A DNA stretch of 46,411 bases from a virus (lineage: Duplodnaviria > Caudoviricetes). The position numbers and the translations under genes are program-made. The DNA lies in IMG/VR virus record IMGVR_UViG_3300037461_001781, positions 1-46,411 of that record; one strand, given 5' to 3'. This document shows positions 10,306-20,697 of the stretch, in pieces. Position 1 is the stretch's first letter, and every line of letters begins with the position of its first letter. Below the pieces are notes generated by a model, which was not told the origin of the DNA, ran no database searches, and saw only the letters and a program-made list of their open reading frames with translations.

Positions 10306-11586
10306 TTATTCCACCTTAACTTTCTGAGATAAAAACCCGTTTAGCGACGAATTTAAGGATATGCATGACGCAGAAAAAGAAGTAAAAAAAGTAACTAATG
10401 CAGTAAATCCTGGTTTTAATGCTTCTAGTGGCCCAACACAAAGTGGAACTGTACTGCTCATGACCGACCCTGCTGTAACAGCAAAACTAGAAGTATTGGT
10501 TAAAAAAGTAGAAAAAGAATTAACGAATTCAGTACCTTTCAAAACAGAGCTAACTGCAGCATTACCTCCCAACTTTACAAGAATAGAATCAAGTAAAATA
10601 GAAGTTGTAGAAGCTATTTCTGTAGTTAAATTACTTATTTTCCAATTAGCTAATTTTGTATCCCACTCACATAAAATTGCAGTATCACTAGAAAGTGCAT
10701 AGTTACCAATACTATCCACTATCTCTTCATAAGTTGTTATTAACCCAGAGGAATCTGAGGCTTTAAAATATTTTCTAACAGGATTTCCAGATTCTGATCT
10801 CATAATTGACGCAGTAACCCCCGCATCGTCTATAACGTCCCCAATAGACCATAAAGCTATATCAGACCCGCTTGTAGATAGACCTGGACATTTAACGTTT
10901 ATCGTAGCCTCTTGTGCCGTCTCAGGAAACCCAGACATGCTAACTCTATCACAAGCAATATAAGATTCGTCTAAATCAGTAGGCAAGACAAATCTTCGTA
11001 CATCCCCAAATCTCAACTTAGAAACACCAATATTCTCTAAATGCAAAGATGTTGTGACAGTAACATCTTGTGTCGAAGAGCTTAAAACAATAGAGTATGG
11101 TCCCGACGATAGCCTAGCACAATCTCCTAAATACAAATAGCTCTCTCTAGATGATTTAAAATCCCAATCTCCAGGCTTCAAAGATTTACCAGAAGTTTTA
11201 CCCCACCCAATGCCTCCAGTTTCCTCAGTAAGCATATCCGAAACTTCAAAACCTTTATAATACATCGCACTATAACCTAGTGCGTGCAAATTGCCATTAG
11301 CTGAAAATGCAACAAGTAGCATATCTCCAATCTGAGGAATGTATCTACCCCAACTGGAAGATTTCATACTTGTTTCAGCATCACTATTAGCGGGCATTGA
11401 CAGACCAATCAAAGGAATCGTTACTTCCGCGCTATGAGATACAGTCTCCAAAGAAACGTTAACAGTTCCTTTCTCTAAATGTAAATCAGTAACCACTGCC
11501 CTATGAATAGTAGAAAATATTGTAGACTGTAATTTATTCCTACTTGCAAAAGAACTATTATTAGGTATTACTGTATTATATCCCAT
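10306..11586 (-). CDS. Central baseplate spike (gp5/gpV/VgrG OB-fold type, 426 aa)
   Basis: N-terminal OB-fold signature (AVVTDLHLEKGTVNV...WGRYIPQIGDMLLVAF), beta-strand repeats, C-terminal VKLGGNA..VLKG..F and LSQKVKVE typical of gpV-like spikes. Confidence 0.75.
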   Translation of the reverse strand: MGYNTVIPNNSSFASRNKLQSTIFSTIHRAVVTDLHLEKGTVNVSLETVSHSAEVTIPLIGLSMPANSDAETSMKSSSWGRYIPQIGDMLLVAFSANGNLHALGYSAMYYKGFEVSDMLTEETGGIGWGKTSGKSLKPGDWDFKSSRESYLYLGDCARLSSGPYSIVLSSSTQDVTVTTSLHLENIGVSKLRFGDVRRFVLPTDLDESYIACDRVSMSGFPETAQEATINVKCPGLSTSGSDIALWSIGDVIDDAGVTASIMRSESGNPVRKYFKASDSSGLITTYEEIVDSIGNYALSSDTAILCEWDTKLANWKISNLTTEIASTTSILLDSILVKLGGNAAVSSVLKGTEFVNSFSTFLTNTSSFAVTAGSVMSSTVPLCVGPLEALKPGFTALVTFFTSFSASCISLNSSLNGFLSQKVKVE

Positions 11587-11607
11587 TTTTTACCTATAAC
11601 ACCTATA

Positions 11608-14337
11608 CTACTTAACAGGCTTCATGCTATTTAATTCATTTTCAGCTAATGATGCTCTATGCTTCTCTCTTGCTTTTACCAAAATATTTACTAAGTTGAA
11701 TGGTCGATTTGTATCACCAAAATGTTTATATAAGGGATTTCCTCGTTCATCTGATTCCCCAGACCAACCTCTTACATTATTTACATTAATACTGGTAGAT
11801 ACATCGCTATTCCATACAATAGAATGACTCAAACTTACAATATTAGCACAATAATTTCTTCTTTGCCAATGAATAGGTCTATTTACCATCAATCCAAAAT
11901 TGGGCAAAGTCGAAATACCTATATTCCTAGCCTCTGCATTCTTTTTGTTTATCTCCAACGCACAAAAAAGTTCAGCAGCCTCTTTTGTATCAACGTAACC
12001 ATAGAGTAAACCGCCATCAAAGACTCTAACACCTAATGTAGGAATTAAGCTTTTTTCTACAGCATAACAAAACTTTTGTGGAATACCATTAGTAAGCTCG
12101 GAAAGACCTGCAATAATATGAGGTTTTGCCGTATAGACGTTTATCAACCCTTGATCACTCATAGTATTACTATAGCCTAGTTGATCATTTATTTTTATTT
12201 TAAAAGCCTCTTCATAATTGAAAGTCGCTTTTATTGGCGTTATTGCACGTTCATCCTCACTAGAATATACAAAGCTACTTAAACGAAGCAAAGACTCTTG
12301 ATCATACTTTCCATCATAATTTTTATCGAATAACTCATTATAATTTTTAAGAACTAAAGATGTATCTTCGGTAGTATTAGTATCTCTATACCAAAAATCT
12401 TGCGGGTCATAATCGTAAAACGGCATTTCAAAAACAAGGTCACCTTTTGGCGTAGCATAAAATCTCCAATCCATATTTCCAGCAACATCATATAAAAAAG
12501 TAAGCCTATCTTTAAAAATAGAATTCGCCAATGAAACTCCACCAGGAGTTCTGTCTATAAGAACATTACCAACTGCTTCTATTAAACCCGCTGGAGTAAA
12601 ATAAAAAACCCTATTATAGCCAACAGGATAATTTTCAAGGTCTGTTCCAATTTTATAAATTATTTGCTCAGCAGTCAAATGCTGCCGCATGCTTGAGACA
12701 TCAGAATAAGATAGCTTGTTGTCATTACCCTTATCTATATATTCAATACTCCCGTCAACTGACGTATTGTCTATTTTCATAGTTTCTAAGTCATCAGAAG
12801 AAACTCTATGGTGCAATATTTCATTCCATACAAAAAGATTATCAACCCTCTTAGCATTAAATGCTAAATCAGTAGGGCTTGGTTCCCCAAAAACGTAATA
12901 ATGGATACCAATCTTAGAATTTTGCCTTTTAAAAGGAATTCCTCTTGGCTGACGTAATCCTGGCCAATTTAGGTCATTTAACCTCTCTATAACCCCCTCT
13001 GTAAAAGTTTTATGAACTCTTTCTTTTACAAAATTATAAGAATTACTACTACTATGCATAGAAACAAGAGTACCTTTTATTTTATCATAAGCTTCAGAAG
13101 GCTTAACTCCTAAATTATTTATAGAATAGGCTATTAGCTCATCAGCAGATAAAAGTTTCAATAACTCAAATAAGCTTGTAGCCATATACTCTACTAAATT
13201 ACTGGAGGATTCAGAACCAAAAAATAAAACCTCCAAAATTTCAGGAACACTTAACCCCTCAAAAGGTTGTTTTACACCTAACACTCCAATATTAGCAGCA
13301 TTGTCACCTTGTTGATTAGTCAACCCCTCAAAAATCCAATCAATATTAGGATCTAACAATCCAGTATTCATCTGTATTGTTGCATATCTAGCTACTTTAG
13401 TAACATCCGTACAATTTATTATAATTTCAGAATCTAAATTAACCCCTACATTTTCTGTACAGCTATCAACAAATCCTGTAAACATCCAATACCAAACTCT
13501 TGCATCAAACGGATCTCTAAATGCAACCCGAACCGGATCATTGCAATGAAAAATACAGTCACCTTCTTGCATAAAATAATCAAACGCGACTCTGTTTTCC
13601 TGTGTAATAAAAGTATTATCCGATGTAAATTTTTTAAACGTCACAGTATGTGTTAATTTTTTATTTTTTATTTCATCCTTTATATTATAATCAAAACCAT
13701 CCTCTACAAAATTTTGAAAAAAGAATGCATAGTTAGTATCAGAATTAACTTTATATTCTTTTATCTTAGAAGCAATAGCTTGCGCTTCTGATAATGACAA
13801 ATTAGAAAAAGAAGCGCTTAACTTTCGTAATAAATACATAATCTCTTCTGGAGAAGCTTGTGCTAATAGTGGAACAAATTCATTAATAAATTCATTAGAT
13901 AATGAAGGTCCTCCTTTATCTAAAGCTTTCATAACACTAGACTTATTATTTATATAAGCATTTCCAGAACTATCAACCTTTGGTCCGCCTAGAAAAGCAT
14001 TGTAAGAATCATAGCCTGTATTATTAGGTTGATAATAGCTTTCATAAAAAAGATCCCAATCAAGTGCTATCTTTTTCTTACTATTAGTAATATCTATTAT
14101 ATCATCATGCGTCCAAAGATATTTATCAAAGTTGTTAACTAAAGAAATTGAACAAGTGCTAGTAGACCTCTCTAAAGACCCCCCAGAGTGATTTATCCTT
14201 ACTGAGGATACATCGTTAGTTATATCATGACCATAAATAAAAACCCTATAAGAAGGAAAAGCCGCACGATATGAAGAACTATCTACAGTAAGTGCATGAG
14301 TATTACTAACATCTTTACTATTATTAGTTCTAGCCAT
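11608..14337 (-). CDS. Baseplate hub protein (gp27/gpD-like, 909 aa)
   Basis: YRVFIYGHDITNDVSSVRI, CSISLVN, WMFTGFVDS, INCTDVTK, WRFYATPKGDLVFEMPFYD, NIVSLSHSIVW motifs; between tube initiator and spike. Confidence 0.75.
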   Translation of the reverse strand: MARTNNSKDVSNTHALTVDSSSYRAAFPSYRVFIYGHDITNDVSSVRINHSGGSLERSTSTCSISLVNNFDKYLWTHDDIIDITNSKKKIALDWDLFYESYYQPNNTGYDSYNAFLGGPKVDSSGNAYINNKSSVMKALDKGGPSLSNEFINEFVPLLAQASPEEIMYLLRKLSASFSNLSLSEAQAIASKIKEYKVNSDTNYAFFFQNFVEDGFDYNIKDEIKNKKLTHTVTFKKFTSDNTFITQENRVAFDYFMQEGDCIFHCNDPVRVAFRDPFDARVWYWMFTGFVDSCTENVGVNLDSEIIINCTDVTKVARYATIQMNTGLLDPNIDWIFEGLTNQQGDNAANIGVLGVKQPFEGLSVPEILEVLFFGSESSSNLVEYMATSLFELLKLLSADELIAYSINNLGVKPSEAYDKIKGTLVSMHSSSNSYNFVKERVHKTFTEGVIERLNDLNWPGLRQPRGIPFKRQNSKIGIHYYVFGEPSPTDLAFNAKRVDNLFVWNEILHHRVSSDDLETMKIDNTSVDGSIEYIDKGNDNKLSYSDVSSMRQHLTAEQIIYKIGTDLENYPVGYNRVFYFTPAGLIEAVGNVLIDRTPGGVSLANSIFKDRLTFLYDVAGNMDWRFYATPKGDLVFEMPFYDYDPQDFWYRDTNTTEDTSLVLKNYNELFDKNYDGKYDQESLLRLSSFVYSSEDERAITPIKATFNYEEAFKIKINDQLGYSNTMSDQGLINVYTAKPHIIAGLSELTNGIPQKFCYAVEKSLIPTLGVRVFDGGLLYGYVDTKEAAELFCALEINKKNAEARNIGISTLPNFGLMVNRPIHWQRRNYCANIVSLSHSIVWNSDVSTSINVNNVRGWSGESDERGNPLYKHFGDTNRPFNLVNILVKAREKHRASLAENELNSMKPVK

Positions 14338-14345
14338 TTTTTCTC

Positions 14346-15131
14346 CTACAGAGGATTCGTAAATACAGTTCTCAAATTTTCTAATACGTTATTATAAATA
14401 TTATCCAATGATGGAATGGACGCTTGTACCGTAAAGCCAAAGTCATAATCTTTACTAAAAGGATTCTCAGAATCATCAGTAAAGGACATACCTCTACTAA
14501 AAAAACCTATAAAAGTAACAAAAGTATTCCCAAATAATGGACTACTATAACTAATATAGTAATATACAGGAGACCCATCTAAAGGATCAACAACAGGCTC
14601 CCTAGTCAAGGAATATAAATTCCAAAAACTAGCCAACTTTTTAGCTCCAGATACTGTATAATCATTACCTCGTATTTTGACAGAAACAGGATCATCATCA
14701 GAAGAATCAAGTGCATCTTTAGATCTTTGGTTTAACCAATTAAGAGGTCCTCTACCTTGCATTTGTGGTTGAAAATGACTATAAATTCCTCCGGTAATTG
14801 TACCAGTTCTTAAATTAACATTACCCGTTTTACCAACAAACTCCATTTCTAGTATATCATTATTTCTTCCAGCAGAATTTGTCCAATGGTAAAAAACAGC
14901 ACCGCCTTGAGTATTTTTTCTTGTTATCCTTTTTGCACAAGAAAAATTTACGCTAGAAGGATTTATAGCCATAGAAACCCCTGGAATTTTATTTTTTTGT
15001 CGGTAAGACGATGTTAAATAAAAAGGAACTCTCAAATTATGATTACCATAAGGGTTTAAAGCCTTCTGTAATACCATAGCAAAATTAGAAATAGATGTAG
15101 ATGAATTATTTGCCCTCTGAGAAATAGCCAT
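14346..15131 (-). CDS. Tail tube initiator / baseplate gp48-gp54-like protein (261 aa)
   Basis: MAINPSSVNFSCAKRITRKNTQGG..W and FIGFF...SFTDDSENPFSKDYDFGFTV are typical of CIS-tube-like initiators; position after tape measure. Confidence 0.7.
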   Translation of the reverse strand: MAISQRANNSSTSISNFAMVLQKALNPYGNHNLRVPFYLTSSYRQKNKIPGVSMAINPSSVNFSCAKRITRKNTQGGAVFYHWTNSAGRNNDILEMEFVGKTGNVNLRTGTITGGIYSHFQPQMQGRGPLNWLNQRSKDALDSSDDDPVSVKIRGNDYTVSGAKKLASFWNLYSLTREPVVDPLDGSPVYYYISYSSPLFGNTFVTFIGFFSRGMSFTDDSENPFSKDYDFGFTVQASIPSLDNIYNNVLENLRTVFTNPL

Positions 15132-17794
15132 TACTCGCCCCCATGTTTGAGTTCAAACTGCTCGCGATAAAACTTATCTAAAGCTTCTTTATCACGTGCC
15201 TCTTTACCTTTACCCTTAGGTGCATAAAAACGCGCATTATTTATATTAGCAACATTTACTCCAGTTTCTGCAAAATTAGGAAGAGCTTTTGCGTTAGTCC
15301 CATAACCAGCGCCGCCAGTATAATGCAAAAATGAAGTAGCTTCTCCTACTGGATTAGCTATTTTTCCAGCAAATAGATCTTTTACAAAATTATGCAATTT
15401 TTTTTCAACCTCAGACCCAGGCTCAGCTGCCCTAGCCGTTCCATATTGCCTTAAGTAGCCCTGCTTCCCATACCCATGACCAGAAGTTATAACGTCAGTC
15501 AAAGACTTACCTCTATTTTTAGACCTGTTTAAAGCAGTATAAGCAATTCCAGCTATTTCTTTTCTACCCTCTTTCGTAAACAACTTTTTGCCACCTGCTT
15601 CAGAATAAAGCATTCTTGACATAGCCTCAAAATCCTTTTCTGACGCAGTAATTGGGGTGCCTGCGGTAACCTCTTCCTGCATTCCGTTATCTCCGCCATC
15701 CCCAAAAATTAATCCACACTTTGGACAATTACCAACTACTGAAAGATTTATACTGCCGTCCTCATCGACATTCCCCGAAACAATTGTCAAATCTCCTCCA
15801 ACCCAACCAGAATTTCTGTATTCAGTAACTCCCTGCGTAACTGGTTCATAGTATGACCGACTAGGTGTAAACATTTCTTGACTAGAAGCGCCCTTACCTG
15901 AATCAGACATTGGAACATATTGAATTTGTGGTTGTTGAGGTAATGACGCCTGTCTTTCTTTTTTATTTTTTTCATAAATGCCTTTTATAGTTTGAGCAGA
16001 CGAAAACGGGTCTAATGACATCGCCAACTTTATATTTGTTAACGAACTAGCAATAGTAGTGTCTCCAATCTTTTTAGTCGTCTCAATAACTTTATCAAAA
16101 GCGGGCAAAATTTCACGAGTACTTCTCATAAGTCCTGTTTCAAAAAATTTTAAATAAAAAAACAAATCTTTGTTACGCTCTCGTATTCGTTTATCAAATA
16201 AACCTAAGAATATATAAGGCATAATTTTAAAAGAAGCAATCATATAAGCTAACGCGTTCATAGAGGCGTTAAATAAGGCTTTTCCTAATTCAGCAACACT
16301 TTTCAACCATTCATTCATAAATAATTGAAATTCCGTTGTTTTAGCTTTTTCAGTTGTAAAGGAATCTTTCAATTTCTTTAATAATGCTTCTCTATCTTTC
16401 TCAATAACTTCTTTATTTCCAGATTTAAGTGATTGATATAACATATAACCTAATTTAGCCCCTTCATAACCCCAGCCTAATTGATTTTCTACAACATATC
16501 TACTCAACTCTGGATTACCAGACGTAGCGTTCATCAATTTAGTAAAAACAACATCAACCACTTGCTCAATGTCTTTTTCCTCACCCTTACCCTCTATTAT
16601 TCGTAATACTTTATCCTTAAAATTTTGTATTGCCACTATTCCAGTACCATAACCCAGCTCTTCTCCGAGGATCATAGCCCAACTATCAGAAATATTAGCT
16701 AATCCACTAGCAATACCAGATAAACCTAAAGAAACCTGTCTTCCAGCCAAATGTTCTGGAACCCCTAAAGACTCAAAAGCTTTTTGTAATCTCAAAGAAA
16801 TATCAATAATAGAAGTTATATCAAAACCTAACTGGTTCAAACTCCGCCCAGCCTCTTCTATATTTTTAACAAATTGCAGCGTACCAATACCACTAGCTTC
16901 TCCCGCAACTAATAAATCTACCATAGCATTTGCAGCCTCTTTTCCAGACTTTCCATAAAGCGCAGAATACTCTACCATTCTCTTAGCGGTACTGCCAGAA
17001 GATATCTCATATAATTTATCAACACCCAAAGCAAAAGTATTAAGAGTCTTTCCAACTTCACCTAAACTACTACTAAAAGTAGATTGAATCTCAGCTAATC
17101 TATACCCTCCGTTAACCAATGTATCAAACGTCTGCTGAAGACCTTCTCTAGAGATTCCATAAAATATTCTCATTTTTTCTTGTAGTGCGGAAATATTGCT
17201 AACCGTATTTTCAACAATACTTTTTGTCCCACTATCAACCGCTTTTACTGCAATATTTAATACCTCTCCCGCCTCCGCTCGAACCCTTTGCTCATCCATA
17301 ATCCCATATGCCATCATACCAATAGTTCCAGCCAATATATTTCCAGGAGTAGGAATTTTTAACTTATGCGCAAAAGATCGTAAACGCCCCTTCAAAGAAG
17401 AAAACTCAGCTTTAGCATAAGCGCCTGTTGTGCCAACCGCCTTTTTAGCGCCGCGTTGAGCGCTCTTAATATTTTTAAGTTTATCAGAAAATACACTTAA
17501 ATTGTTAAAAGCTTTATTTAGTAAACCACCAAAACTTTGATTAGTTATGTCCTTGGTCATAACCCCAAAATAATTACCGATATCTCCGATATACTCTTTT
17601 AATTTACTAGAGTCAGTATTTAAATCATTAGCCTTCTTACCATCAAATTTTTCCACTAAATCTAAAGTTTTTTTAACACTGTCTTCAATTTCTTTAAAAT
17701 AACCAGTATTAACAATAGATAAATTAGAAATAGTTTCCCCTAATTTTTCAAATTGAGAAATTAAAGTATCTAATTCTGTAGAATCAAAAAACAT
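15131..17794 (-). CDS. Tape-measure-like protein 2 with C-terminal SleB/Hydrolase_2-type cell-wall hydrolase (887 aa)
   Basis: Long helical Ala/Gly/Lys-rich body; C-terminal DFEAMSRMLYSEAGG...AGIAYTALNRS...NPVGEATSF motif (approx. 15224-15633). Confidence 0.75.
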   Translation of the reverse strand: MFFDSTELDTLISQFEKLGETISNLSIVNTGYFKEIEDSVKKTLDLVEKFDGKKANDLNTDSSKLKEYIGDIGNYFGVMTKDITNQSFGGLLNKAFNNLSVFSDKLKNIKSAQRGAKKAVGTTGAYAKAEFSSLKGRLRSFAHKLKIPTPGNILAGTIGMMAYGIMDEQRVRAEAGEVLNIAVKAVDSGTKSIVENTVSNISALQEKMRIFYGISREGLQQTFDTLVNGGYRLAEIQSTFSSSLGEVGKTLNTFALGVDKLYEISSGSTAKRMVEYSALYGKSGKEAANAMVDLLVAGEASGIGTLQFVKNIEEAGRSLNQLGFDITSIIDISLRLQKAFESLGVPEHLAGRQVSLGLSGIASGLANISDSWAMILGEELGYGTGIVAIQNFKDKVLRIIEGKGEEKDIEQVVDVVFTKLMNATSGNPELSRYVVENQLGWGYEGAKLGYMLYQSLKSGNKEVIEKDREALLKKLKDSFTTEKAKTTEFQLFMNEWLKSVAELGKALFNASMNALAYMIASFKIMPYIFLGLFDKRIRERNKDLFFYLKFFETGLMRSTREILPAFDKVIETTKKIGDTTIASSLTNIKLAMSLDPFSSAQTIKGIYEKNKKERQASLPQQPQIQYVPMSDSGKGASSQEMFTPSRSYYEPVTQGVTEYRNSGWVGGDLTIVSGNVDEDGSINLSVVGNCPKCGLIFGDGGDNGMQEEVTAGTPITASEKDFEAMSRMLYSEAGGKKLFTKEGRKEIAGIAYTALNRSKNRGKSLTDVITSGHGYGKQGYLRQYGTARAAEPGSEVEKKLHNFVKDLFAGKIANPVGEATSFLHYTGGAGYGTNAKALPNFAETGVNVANINNARFYAPKGKGKEARDKEALDKFYREQFELKHGGE

Positions 17795-20094
17795 TAGTTA
17801 ACCTGACTATTATTAATTTTGTCATTAGCTTTTTTTGTAGCCTGACTATCAATTTTACCTGTAACATTTACCTTTTCTGGAACAACAGGAAGTTCAAGTT
17901 TTTCTTTTTCTTTTGTAGTGTCATATAAATTTTGATATGCTTTATTTACCTTATCGATAGCATCTTGCTTTATAGAATCGCGTAGAGCTTCTCTTTTTTC
18001 ACCACTAGCGCCCCCAAGTCCTGACGAAAAAAACCTAGACAAAGAAGACATGACACCCCCACTACCCTCTTTCTCTCTGGTAATTCTATCTTCAAGGTCC
18101 TTAAGCTCATTCTCTGCTTCAACAACCTCATCTTTTGCCTTTTCCTCCCTACTTTTTACACCAAAAGGACCAGTTTTAATAGCTTCCAATAAATTATTTG
18201 CTCCTATATCTTTTAGTACGTCACCCAGTGTACCAGTTAACCCAGAAACTCCACTAAAAACATCCCCAACACCATCAACTATAGAAGAATATTGAAGTTC
18301 CATTACTTTTGAAAACTCAGACAAAACATTAACCGCTTCATCCTTTTCCCCACTAAAAAACTTAAACGCGGAATAGGCTATAGTGGGCAAAGACTTAAAC
18401 CCCATAATCAAAACCCCTAAAATACCAGTAAGAATTTTTAATAGACCATCCCCTATCTTAGCTAGGTCCCTAATCAGCTCTCTTTGATTTTTTTGCAAAT
18501 CTGTTAATTGCTTACCTTCCGTTTCAAATGACTTGCCCCATGCATCTAATGTCTTTTGTTCCGCTTCAGAAAGTTTATGCCCTTTTTCTAATTTTTCAGC
18601 AACATCATGAAAGGCAGTAGCTTCTGTATGGCTCATACTGCCCCCTTCTTTAAAGCTGGCAATCATCTTAGCTCGACGTTCTTCCTCAGATCCATAAGAC
18701 CCAGCTCTATCCTTGACAATTTCAAAGTATGCTTTAGCCATATCTATCAAAAAACCTGAACGTGCCCCTTCTGATATTCTAGCCATTCCATCTTGCAGCT
18801 TCTGCATAGCAGAAATAGTTTCCATTTCTGGAAACATTTTTTTAGCGACTAATGCCTTCCAGCCCTCCCCAAGGTTAGCTAATCCGCCAGTAATACCCTT
18901 AGTAGCGGATACTGCAACGTCTCCTGCTTGTTTTTCATCTAAACCCATACCCTCATAATGTCCTTTAATTTTAACTAATAATTGCTCAACATCTTTTACC
19001 TCAATACCATACTGCGCCATAGCAGAAGATCCTGACATAACCCCCTCAATAAACTTACCAATGCCTATTCCAGACTCTTGAGCAGCTAACGCTAATCTTT
19101 TATACTTGGCTCCCGCCGTGTCAATAGATTCACCATATTTGGTTATTAATTCAACAACCCCTTGCATAGATGTACCTGTAGCTAAACCTAAATGTTTATC
19201 CAACGATAAAGTCATATTAACAATATTATTATTGACACTATAAATATCATCATTATACTGTTTTCCGATTGCTTTTGAAGAAAAACCAATATCTACCAAC
19301 TGCTTTACTACAGATTGAACCTCTTTTCTTCCAATAGCAAATTTAAATTGGGCTTCTTCCGCGAATTTTGCCATGTTACTAACAACTTCTTGACCTTTTT
19401 TAGTAAAAACGTCGTTAGTAGCTTCAAAAATATTAAGCATTTCACCACGTTCAGCGCCCAATCTTTGTTTTTCAGTAATACCTAGAACAATCATGGAAAT
19501 AATACTTCCAAAAATACCACCTCCAATAATTCCACCACCACCAATATTTCCAAGAATTCCAGATATTTTTGATTTAGCCCCCCTTACCTCACTATTTATA
19601 ATATCTCCAACCATTTTCTCAAAGGAACCTATCTCACCCACAACCTTTTCTGCTTCCTTTATTGATTTGGCTGCTAACTTTAGCGCCTGCTCAGCTTTTT
19701 GTAGTGCACTAGTAGCAATCTCTTCAGCAGATCTTGAGTCACTTGAGGAAGCCCCCTCCCCAATTTTTTTCTCCAACCCTTCTACGGAACCTCCGCCTAT
19801 TTCAGATGCACTTTTATTAATTGATAATAAGGTTTTATCTATATCAGAAACATATTTCAAGGAAGAGCTTAAACCACTTTTAAAAACAGAAAAAAATTGT
19901 TTAGCTTTTCTGATATTAGTATCTAGGAGGGTATTTATGCTAGTAAGAGTTCTCTCCAACTTAGCAAAATCAGTAGAAATTTTTGAAACATCCCCTATAG
20001 ACTTAGATAAATTTGTAAAACTTTTCTCTAGTTCTTCAACTTGAGAAACAGATTTGGAAAGATCAAAACTAAGAATATAATTATCAATTGCCAT
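17794..20094 (-). CDS. Tape-measure-like protein 1 (766 aa from ATG 20094)
   Basis: Directly follows tail assembly chaperones; helical with Gly-rich hydrophobic segments; paralogous to the next gene. Confidence 0.75.
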   Translation of the reverse strand: MAIDNYILSFDLSKSVSQVEELEKSFTNLSKSIGDVSKISTDFAKLERTLTSINTLLDTNIRKAKQFFSVFKSGLSSSLKYVSDIDKTLLSINKSASEIGGGSVEGLEKKIGEGASSSDSRSAEEIATSALQKAEQALKLAAKSIKEAEKVVGEIGSFEKMVGDIINSEVRGAKSKISGILGNIGGGGIIGGGIFGSIISMIVLGITEKQRLGAERGEMLNIFEATNDVFTKKGQEVVSNMAKFAEEAQFKFAIGRKEVQSVVKQLVDIGFSSKAIGKQYNDDIYSVNNNIVNMTLSLDKHLGLATGTSMQGVVELITKYGESIDTAGAKYKRLALAAQESGIGIGKFIEGVMSGSSAMAQYGIEVKDVEQLLVKIKGHYEGMGLDEKQAGDVAVSATKGITGGLANLGEGWKALVAKKMFPEMETISAMQKLQDGMARISEGARSGFLIDMAKAYFEIVKDRAGSYGSEEERRAKMIASFKEGGSMSHTEATAFHDVAEKLEKGHKLSEAEQKTLDAWGKSFETEGKQLTDLQKNQRELIRDLAKIGDGLLKILTGILGVLIMGFKSLPTIAYSAFKFFSGEKDEAVNVLSEFSKVMELQYSSIVDGVGDVFSGVSGLTGTLGDVLKDIGANNLLEAIKTGPFGVKSREEKAKDEVVEAENELKDLEDRITREKEGSGGVMSSLSRFFSSGLGGASGEKREALRDSIKQDAIDKVNKAYQNLYDTTKEKEKLELPVVPEKVNVTGKIDSQATKKANDKINNSQVN

Positions 20095-20650
20095 CTTCAA
20101 TTACTATTCTAGGTTTACAACTTTTTTTAGTATTTTCCGATAAATTCTCCTCTACATCATCACTAATTGGAGTAACCAATGTGTCTAACAATTTTTTCGT
20201 TTTTGGAGAATTCCAAACTAGATATTTATCTAATTTATCTTGGTCATCTAAAAACTCTGGAATGCCTTCATTTACGTAATCCTCTAATTCTTCTACAGTC
20301 ATATCATCAGATTCACAAAAATCATCAGCTTTTTCTTGATCAAGCAATTCTTTATTTTTTCGTAATAACTCAGATAGCAGTCCTTCGTTACAAGTAAAAA
20401 CGGACATCGGTATATATTCTTCGTCTTTAGCTCTTCTAAATTTAATTACGTTTTCACCTGTTCCTTCTATATAAACCTCCTCTTCAATAGGCATAATATT
20501 TAGACCAAGCATATTTATTAAATCTTTTTTTATAGCTTTATAAGTTTCTGCAAAGTCTTTAATTTTCTTTTCCTCTTCCGCGTATAAACTCTCTAACTCA
20601 AATAACCACTGAGTGCTATTCATCTTTCTAACAGCAGGATCACTAATCAA
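20084..20650 (-). CDS. Tail assembly chaperone, C-terminal (T-like) part, probably made only as a -1 frameshift fusion
   Basis: TTG start lacks a clear SD; its frame is open upstream to the slippery site at 20776-20770. Confidence 0.75.
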   Translation of the reverse strand: MISDPAVRKMNSTQWLFELESLYAEEEKKIKDFAETYKAIKKDLINMLGLNIMPIEEEVYIEGTGENVIKFRRAKDEEYIPMSVFTCNEGLLSELLRKNKELLDQEKADDFCESDDMTVEELEDYVNEGIPEFLDDQDKLDKYLVWNSPKTKKLLDTLVTPISDDVEENLSENTKKSCKPRIVIEDGN

Positions 20651-20697
20651 TACCCGTTTCTTAGAAAGAACTTTAGACTTAACTAATATATCAGCAC

